64,000 nt of DNA from Schizochytrium sp. TIO01. Its lineage: Eukaryota > Protista > Bigyra: Labyrinthulomycetes. The position numbers and the translations under genes were made by a program. This document shows, piece by piece, positions 57,333 through 64,000 of the stretch (its first letter is position 1; every line of letters starts with the position of its first letter). Below the pieces are notes generated by a model. The model saw only the letters and a program-made list of their open reading frames with translations, had not been told where the DNA came from and did not search any database. The DNA is taken from positions 4,814,862 to 4,878,861 of the forward strand of contig SMSO01000025.1 in assembly GCA_004764695.1 (NCBI GenBank), written 5' to 3'.

Positions 57333-58724
57333 TCAAACACCCACTGAAGCTTCATCAAACACGTCACTAGTTTTTTCAGGCGCTTTCTCAACCGAAATTG
57401 GTTGAGATATAAGCACATCGGACTTTGAGGGAGGGTAGCTCACTCGCAAAATATCTATAGTTCCATCAGGATAAATTGTGATCCGATGATTTGCAAGAGA
57501 CGGCGGGCTTGGTGGTGCACGTAGCAAGTAATTTTGGTCCATTCTATGGTTAGTTTCAGCATGTTGGAGCGTGACGACTGCCTTCGCGGGGCTGACACCA
57601 ACCGTAGAAGAAGTTGCCAGCGAAGGAGAAGAGAGTGAGGGAGAAATCTCAGATGAAGACTTCGCCATACTAATCTTATTGTTAGCAAGAATTGAACCTA
57701 TATTATCAAAAGATAAAGGCGAGGGTTCTTCGACTTTCCTTTCAAATTGAATGTCATGTGTATCCAATTTAACTTCATTGGTTGACCAGAAGTTCGTGAT
57801 GATAGGGGGTGGTGCTGCCCGTTGAAGCTTGCTCGGAGGAGATAAATCTGAAGGATGAGAGGTTTGACTTTGCATTGGATCAAAGCTTGTAGCCGACAGT
57901 GACGAGGAGGTCGACGAATTTCGTAACCGACGAGCAGAATTTTTTGGAGACCGAGACCACCGTTGAGCGGAAAGACGCCTTTGTCTTAATCGTAACTCAG
58001 ATCGAATATCTGCTATATGGCCATGGCATGCCTTCATTAGGTCAAAGAGACGTACATTCGCATCAGAGCGGAGGCCGACGTCTACATATGGCTGTTCAAA
58101 TATAGCTGACGCTAGATGTTCGAGCAACAGAATATACTCAATAAGGTGAAGCTCTCCAGTTTTGCTTGCTGTCTGGAAGGCCTGAGCAAGAGCGCGTCTT
58201 GAGCAGAGTTTGGGATGAAGTTGAAAATCTTTCGTCATTCGTACAATCGTCTGGAAATCAATTGTTTCGTTTCCATCTCTGTAAAACTCAAATAGATCTT
58301 TGCAGAAGTCCATGTCGGAGCGTTCAAGGTGCATCGGGGTTGGCGAGGGCTGTGGCTGCTTTGACGCCCACTCATTGAGAGCAGCTTCCCAAATGTCCCT
58401 GTGCTCAGATTGAACATGCAACGAATAATCCTCCAGGCTCATACTGGCCTCGATGGCGGCAAGCTCTTGAATCACCTGTACAAAACCTGGGAAATCTGTG
58501 ACGTCTCGTCGCTTTGGCAAAGCTCTACGCTGCAGTGAAACTGCTAAAATACCTGGCTTGCTTGCTAAACCTGTGTCTTTCGCCAAGCGCTCAAGCTCAT
58601 AGAGTCTGATGACCTCCCGATCACAAGGCAAAAATTTATCTTGACCAATTCCAGCATAGTGCTGGAACAATACATACAGCACCGCGTCGCGCTCGTCGGC
58701 GCGCACTTGGTCATCTTCGCTCAT
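57333..58724 (-). CDS. Hypothetical protein with two p25alpha(TPPP)/EF-hand-like repeats and a Ser/Pro-rich disordered tail
   Basis: Long ORF with first ATG at 58724. Two similar units: LFQHYA...LERLAKDTGL...DFPGFVQVIQELA and LFEFYR...IVRMTKDFQL...LIEYILLLEHLA. Confidence 0.7.
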   Translation of the reverse strand: MSEDDQVRADERDAVLYVLFQHYAGIGQDKFLPCDREVIRLYELERLAKDTGLASKPGILAVSLQRRALPKRRDVTDFPGFVQVIQELAAIEASMSLEDYSLHVQSEHRDIWEAALNEWASKQPQPSPTPMHLERSDMDFCKDLFEFYRDGNETIDFQTIVRMTKDFQLHPKLCSRRALAQAFQTASKTGELHLIEYILLLEHLASAIFEQPYVDVGLRSDANVRLFDLMKACHGHIADIRSELRLRQRRLSAQRWSRSPKNSARRLRNSSTSSSLSATSFDPMQSQTSHPSDLSPPSKLQRAAPPPIITNFWSTNEVKLDTHDIQFERKVEEPSPLSFDNIGSILANNKISMAKSSSEISPSLSSPSLATSSTVGVSPAKAVVTLQHAETNHRMDQNYLLRAPPSPPSLANHRITIYPDGTIDILRVSYPPSKSDVLISQPISVEKAPEKTSDVFDEASVGV

Positions 58725-58869
58725 TGCAAACCTTTCCTGCTCACGCAGTCCAACTCGGGCTTTGTTGATGCACAAAGTACAATCAGTCTCTAGGCTTTTC
58801 TTTTCACTCAGTTCTTCGATTCCAGTTCTTTCCACCTTCGCCCCGCGCTGTCCAAGATTGGATTCTACG

Positions 58870-58899
58870 TAGCTAGCTAGCTAGCTACCTACCTACCTA
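58870..58899. repeat. Compound (TAGC)n(TACC)n repeat in a short divergent promoter
   Basis: tagctagctagctagctacctacctaccta, between the head-to-head starts at 58724 (-) and 59267 (+). Confidence 0.85.
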
Positions 58900-59266
58900 A
58901 TGTTACAGACCTGTCTTTTTATTTATCTGAGTGACAAAACAAAACACTTGGCCTATATTAGGTAGAGAGTTAGTTACTCCTATCAATCCTTCACATCAGT
59001 AGATGCTTAGCACCGGGACGAACAAAATTAGAAATATTGAGATGAGAGGGCCTCCCAGTTCCCTACTGGTTCTTTATTGGTTCCAAATGTCTTTACCTTG
59101 CAAAGAACGGTAACTTGTTCAATGCTCTAGAGAAGGGAGAGAGCGCTAAAACTGATTGCCAAGGGCGTCAATTTGAAGAGGAGAGCCCTAGTCAACAGCG
59201 AAACAAGCTAGCAAGTCTGTAAGTAACGCAGGCTAGCAGACAGAGCAAAACTTGTCTTGGAATAAC

Positions 59267-60655
59267 ATGTCTATTTCTGAAGACCAGCAGGAGATCAACC
59301 CGGCTCTGGAGGATGAGTCTGATTGCTTACTTACTGAAGGAAACAAGTCTGTAGAGCCCTTCTCGGATGCAACTCGGCGTCGCGATGTTTGGACAGAAGC
59401 AACGAACTGGGCAGTCCCAACTCTTAGCTTAGCATTACAGCAAGCCAAAACATCTCGCACGCTTCATCTCAGTTACCAAAACTTGCAACGAATTGAAGAA
59501 AAACTTATCAAGGCGTCATTTATGAGCCAGCTTGTTCGACTCGACTTAGCTTATAATGACTTAGAGAGCATTCCAAGGGAAATCGAGGTACTAGAGCGAC
59601 TAGAACAATTATGGATTAACGACAACCCACGGCTTGCTGAAATCCCTGCTGAGCTTGCTAATTGTCGAAGACTAAAGGTAATTGATGCTCGTCGCACACA
59701 GGTACGTAATATACCCTGTCAGCTTGGAACCCTCGAAAGCCTTATTGCTATAGATTTGCGAGGTACGACGACTTTAAAACCAAAACTTGTGGTCTCTTAT
59801 GTTGTACCAGCTGAAAATTTGCCTGTAAGCAATAATACACAAGGAGACGAAGAGCAGGTCCCTACAATTCTGGCAGAAATAGTCTCCCGCACACAAAACT
59901 TGAAGGCATACCTTATTAGACGCCACGAAACCAAAGTATTGCGTAAGCGATTACTAGAAAAGTTGAGCTCTGGTCTCTACAGAGACTTAAGCGAGAGTGA
60001 TGCAGGTTGCAGGCAAATTATGGCCTTAATCAAAGATATCAACAAAGAGTTCCAGGAGTTGGACGTGTTTGCAGATGTTGTGCGAAACTGTGATCGACTG
60101 CTACCTGACCGGATTGACTGTGCTGATGTTAAAAGGATGCGCAAGCAATTCGACTCTCTGAAACGTCAAAATGAACGTAAAAAACTCGCAGCGAAGCTTG
60201 AACTTCGCCTCAGAGCTTTGTATTTTGACCGAATTAACCCTACGCATGTCGAGGGCATCGTGCAATCATTGTATGCTGAGATCCTTGAGCTAGCAGATGT
60301 CCATTTCTTGATCAAATTTGCACCCCAAATATTTCCTGAGCGTGTCGAACTTATCGATGCAAAGCAAGTATTTCATGATCTCAAAGCATTGCAAACTCGG
60401 CTTGCTCAAGAACGAGAAGAAGCCGTTCATGGAGTGTTCAAGGCTATGATGAATTTGTATAGCCATGTTGAGCCACCATTGGTTCAAGATGCGGCAAACA
60501 AAGTTTGTTCTCCATTTAAAAAAATCGAAGAACTCAAGAAATTAGCTGCAGATGCATCTCAGTACTTTCCCTCTGAGTTTGAAATATGTGTGACTCACCC
60601 AATGCAAGTTAGAGCCTTATTCCTAGGAGAGGCTGAAACCCATTTAGATCTTTGA
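59267..60655 (+). CDS. Leucine-rich repeat protein with a helical C-terminal repeat region
   Basis: LRRs: LHLSYQNL, LVRLDLAYNDLESIPREI, LEQLWINDNPRLAEIPAEL, LKVIDARRTQVRNIP, LIAIDLRGT; first ATG at 59267. Confidence 0.88.
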   Translation: MSISEDQQEINPALEDESDCLLTEGNKSVEPFSDATRRRDVWTEATNWAVPTLSLALQQAKTSRTLHLSYQNLQRIEEKLIKASFMSQLVRLDLAYNDLESIPREIEVLERLEQLWINDNPRLAEIPAELANCRRLKVIDARRTQVRNIPCQLGTLESLIAIDLRGTTTLKPKLVVSYVVPAENLPVSNNTQGDEEQVPTILAEIVSRTQNLKAYLIRRHETKVLRKRLLEKLSSGLYRDLSESDAGCRQIMALIKDINKEFQELDVFADVVRNCDRLLPDRIDCADVKRMRKQFDSLKRQNERKKLAAKLELRLRALYFDRINPTHVEGIVQSLYAEILELADVHFLIKFAPQIFPERVELIDAKQVFHDLKALQTRLAQEREEAVHGVFKAMMNLYSHVEPPLVQDAANKVCSPFKKIEELKKLAADASQYFPSEFEICVTHPMQVRALFLGEAETHLDL

Positions 60656-61096
60656 TTGAAGTGTACAGTCTCGATGTTTCCTATTGTTCTTGAAAATCTT
60701 CTCACTCCCTTATGTTCTTCCTTTCCCTGGGTAGCTTTAGTTTGTTATTCAAATAGCACTCAAAGAATATATTATTTGCCTTCTGTTTGTGTCCTCATAC
60801 TAGCCATTGTAACTTTCCTTTTTATTTAGCTGTTACTCAAGTATTGCGATTGTTTAGTGATACCTCAGGAAAGAATTTTTCTAATGATCTTTTTCTTTTT
60901 CTTTTCATTTTATCTTTTTCGATTCAACGACTAGTATAGAGTATGACAGCAGAAGTATGGTAATAACTTATGATTTGAAATTCTCCTTTTTCCTTTGGTA
61001 TTTTTTTTATGTTTTTATTTTTTGGACAAGACAACTAAAGACAACCCAAAGGAGTGCAAAACCAAAAGCTTCGTTTATCCGAGCTGGCTCAGACGA

Positions 61097-62275
61097 ATGG
61101 TGGCTAAAAAGAGTGTAACAAACATTGTCGGCTGCAAGCAGCCGAAACCCAACCAGATTGCACCAGACCCGGTGTCTGCTAAATCGGAGAAAATATTGCC
61201 AACAGGCAAGAAAAAGCTAAAGCCAAGGACTAGGAAGAGCAAGAACCAGAAAACGGCGAGCTCGCCACCTCTTCCTCTACAACATTATGAAGATCCATGG
61301 AAGAAAATAAGATCCCCGTATGGTGGCCGCCTCTCTCAAGCTGAATGTCTAAAGAAGATCCAATCTATTGCTCACCAGGCAAGCTATATACATGTATTTG
61401 ACGAAAATAAGGTCAAATCTACAGGCAAATGGAAGGGGGAGATCTCAACAGGGCTGAGTGAGGAACTACTACAAGCAATCGAGTTATCTTGTTGTGATTT
61501 GAAACCTCCCAATGCTGATGACCAGGGATTGTATCTCCGGGTATCGGAAGCTAATTTGAAAGTAATTAACTTTGGAGATAACGACATGTTAGCTGCACGA
61601 ATTGTCTGGCTTGATGCAAGCAAAAACCAAATCCAAAGCTGCAAAGGATTAGGTGGGCCGAACTGTTATATTAGAAGCCTGAATATTAGTGGAAATCAAC
61701 TCGCTTCCCTCAGTGAAGTATCACCTATGGCACATTTGGTCGAACTAGATGTGTCTGGGAACTCACTTTTACCTGACCTTGATTTGAAGTTCTGTTCAAA
61801 TTCACTGAGAGTTTTCCGTGCAAACAATTGTAATCTTAGCTCTTCATCAATTGCAGGGATACAATGTTGTACAGAGTTGGAAGCAGTATATCTTGCGAAC
61901 AACAGAATTAGTGAAGCAGATAGTGTGCGCGGTGTCTTGGCGCCTACTATGCGAAAACATTTGCGAATTTTGCACATGGCAAATAACCCCCTTTCTGAGG
62001 AAGAATGGGCAAATTTAACTTGCTGGCTCCGGCAGCAATGCCCGTGCCTTACTGAAATTGATGGCATAGCACAAGAGCAAGAATTTAAACATACACTAAA
62101 TATCGAGGATCTTAACTTAAACGCAACTGAGAGCATAATGGTGCAAGATAAGGCTTCTTGTAGCTGCTTGGAAGGAAATCCATGTGCAGTTGAATACAAT
62201 TGCAAAGATTGGGCAAATCGCTTTGAGGTTGCAAAACATGCTCGTGCAGAGCTGGGATATCAAACCACTAAGTAA
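61097..62275 (+). CDS. SDS22-like leucine-rich repeat protein with a C-terminal Cys cluster
   Basis: LRRs: LDASKNQI, LNISGNQL, LDVSGNSL, FRANNCNL, VYLANNRI; LRR cap LHMANNPL...CPCLTEIDG; first ATG at 61097. Confidence 0.88.
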   Translation: MVAKKSVTNIVGCKQPKPNQIAPDPVSAKSEKILPTGKKKLKPRTRKSKNQKTASSPPLPLQHYEDPWKKIRSPYGGRLSQAECLKKIQSIAHQASYIHVFDENKVKSTGKWKGEISTGLSEELLQAIELSCCDLKPPNADDQGLYLRVSEANLKVINFGDNDMLAARIVWLDASKNQIQSCKGLGGPNCYIRSLNISGNQLASLSEVSPMAHLVELDVSGNSLLPDLDLKFCSNSLRVFRANNCNLSSSSIAGIQCCTELEAVYLANNRISEADSVRGVLAPTMRKHLRILHMANNPLSEEEWANLTCWLRQQCPCLTEIDGIAQEQEFKHTLNIEDLNLNATESIMVQDKASCSCLEGNPCAVEYNCKDWANRFEVAKHARAELGYQTTK

Positions 62276-62752
62276 GAGTAGATAGTCCTGTTCAGCTAGG
62301 ATCTCTCTCTATTTAATTCATTTTAGATACATACCCAATGTTTGGATATAGAAAAACAATATTTCAGAAGCACAATGTTGGGGAAATTGCACAACTTAAG
62401 AAAGAAGGAGCACACAATTTTATCTTTTTGAAAGTGAATGACAAAAATCATTAAAAGGACTTTAGACAATCAAAATTCTCTAAGGAAATAGAAGGAGATG
62501 GATCAAAGTCTGGCTGTTTCTTGCCTGAGTGTCTTCAATGATCATCACAAGGATGTGGATACTTGCATCATTTGAGCAAGAGTTGGATAAACAGGAACAT
62601 CTTTGGGAGTTGGATCAAAAGAATATGTTGAATGATATAGGTTGGTGTATTTTAAGGCAAGCATAGATAGCCTTGAAAGAATACAGCAAAGTTCGGAGCT
62701 TGAGTTTGGGGTTAATATAAAGGCAAAAGACATATACTGTAGTGAAGAGGGA

Positions 62753-64000
62753 TTATTCCTGTTCAGTGACAGATGCAACATAATCGCGAGCCTTGGCCTT
62801 GACCTTATCGGCATCTTCCTCGGTACCATGGTCAGTTTCGAAGAGAAGCCAGCGCTTGAAGAAGGTCTTGGTCTTCTTAATTGAAAACTTGGAGGCAACT
62901 GCGCGCTCGAAAAGGTTGCGCACACGAGCAGGGTCATTACCATACTTGATCTCAAGATCGATGTATTGAAGCCACAGGTCATTACGTTTCGGGTTTTCAT
63001 CAATGAGGCCCTCGAGGATTGTCCGGGCGCGCTCGCTCTTGCCACCAGACGCAGCCATAGAGAACTCCAGACGAGCATAGCCAAGGTATAGCTTGGGGCG
63101 AACTTGTTTCTCAACGTTGCGCTGAGCATTCTTGAGTAGCTCCTGAGCAGCACTAGGTTCATTTGCCTTAAACTTGAGCTCCATGCGACGCAGCCACGGA
63201 GCCTCGGAGGATCCATGAGCAGCCTTAACAGCCTTTCGCAATGCGTCATCCGCCTTATCAAGATCCTCGTTCTCCTCAAACACCTTGGCGATCTCGAGGT
63301 AGGCAACGTCCTTGTCCATACGCTCAAGAATTTGCTTAATACAAGCTTCAACAGTTTTGTTGGAGCCATGTTTGCATTCAATTCGCAAAAGCGCAAGCAA
63401 AACGTTCTGTTTCTCTTTCTCCATGCGGTAGTTGATCGTACGAAGAGCACGCTCTGCTACAGCACGAGCCTGGTCAAGTTCAACTTGAGCAGTCTGGAAG
63501 GCCATGTACTGGATCCACAGCATCGATGAGTTCGGAGAACCCATAAGCAGACGCTCAAAGTCATCCACGGATTGAGGAACGCCCTCTTCTTCCAGTTTGG
63601 CCTGCTCCAATGCAGAAAGTTTTGCTTCCTCCATGGCACGCTCGTGAGCCTTGCGCTTTGCTTCAGCACGTTTAGCCTTTTTACGCTCCTTCTTTTGTGC
63701 GGTTGTCTCGTCACCATCACTATCTTCGTCGCTACTGTCTTCGTCTTCATCCTCCTCCTCTTCGCTATCATCATCATCCTCGAGGGTGCTCGAGGATTTG
63801 GCAGCAACAGCCCATTCCTTGGCACCATCCTGCGTTTGTTGAATCGCGTCAGCAAGGGAGAGAGGGCCATCCTCATCCTCGTCCTCTTCATCCTCCTCAT
63901 CGTCGTCAGCTTCATCATCCTCGCCAGACTCTTCTTCCTCGTCCTCTTCCTCATCCTCGTCACTAGATGCCTCGCCATCTTCTTTCTCAGGTTCGGCGTC
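62753..64000 (-). CDS. RRP5: rRNA biogenesis protein RRP5/PDCD11, 3' part (acidic linker + HAT/TPR domain); gene continues beyond the window
   Basis: PQSVDDFERLLMGSPNSSMLWIQYMAF...ARAVAERALRTINYR, PKRNDLWLQYIDLE, FFKRWLLFE...VKAKARDYV; the frame is open to position 64000 through an Asp/Glu-rich stretch. Confidence 0.95.
   Translation of the reverse strand, partial: DAEPEKEDGEASSDEDEEEDEEEESGEDDEADDDEEDEEDEDEDGPLSLADAIQQTQDGAKEWAVAAKSSSTLEDDDDSEEEEDEDEDSSDEDSDGDETTAQKKERKKAKRAEAKRKAHERAMEEAKLSALEQAKLEEEGVPQSVDDFERLLMGSPNSSMLWIQYMAFQTAQVELDQARAVAERALRTINYRMEKEKQNVLLALLRIECKHGSNKTVEACIKQILERMDKDVAYLEIAKVFEENEDLDKADDALRKAVKAAHGSSEAPWLRRMELKFKANEPSAAQELLKNAQRNVEKQVRPKLYLGYARLEFSMAASGGKSERARTILEGLIDENPKRNDLWLQYIDLEIKYGNDPARVRNLFERAVASKFSIKKTKTFFKRWLLFETDHGTEEDADKVKAKARDYVASVTEQE

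Noticed and set aside
63457-63978. 173-aa Met/Arg-rich ORF, plus the 301-aa ORF 62545..63450
   Set aside because: Alternative-frame shadows of the RRP5 coding sequence.

Overview
Eukaryotic, gene-dense and almost intron-free genomic DNA. Gene content and structure suggest a flagellated heterotrophic stramenopile such as a labyrinthulomycete/thraustochytrid (inference, not verified). I read 16 protein-coding genes in order: a divergent 3-exon kinesin-3-like motor (-), TRAPPC9/Trs120 (+), a kinesin-2 (-), a frameshift-split DUF455 ferritin-like gene (+), a prolyl oligopeptidase (-), PP1 inhibitor-3 (+), a truncated acyl-CoA-synthetase-like protein (-), URB2 (+), a large NHL/LCCL/EGF membrane protein (-), a CCT-domain protein (+), a SAP-like/carboxylesterase fusion (-), a myosin (+), a p25alpha/EF-hand-like protein (-), two LRR proteins (+,+) and the 3' end of RRP5 (-). 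There are several microsatellites and a possible tRNA remnant. I found no CRISPR array, rRNA gene or intact transposon. Most notable: (1) a myosin whose tail carries a 39-residue uncharged hydrophobic segment, a possible lipid-droplet/ER anchor; (2) a strongly codon-biased, catalytically dead half acyl-CoA synthetase, a candidate mitochondrial structural subunit; (3) a kinesin with an intact P-loop but a remodelled microtubule-binding face; (4) near-perfect strand alternation of the genes, with a TACC/GGTA motif family seen only in upstream spacers. All family calls come from motif recognition by eye; no searches were run.
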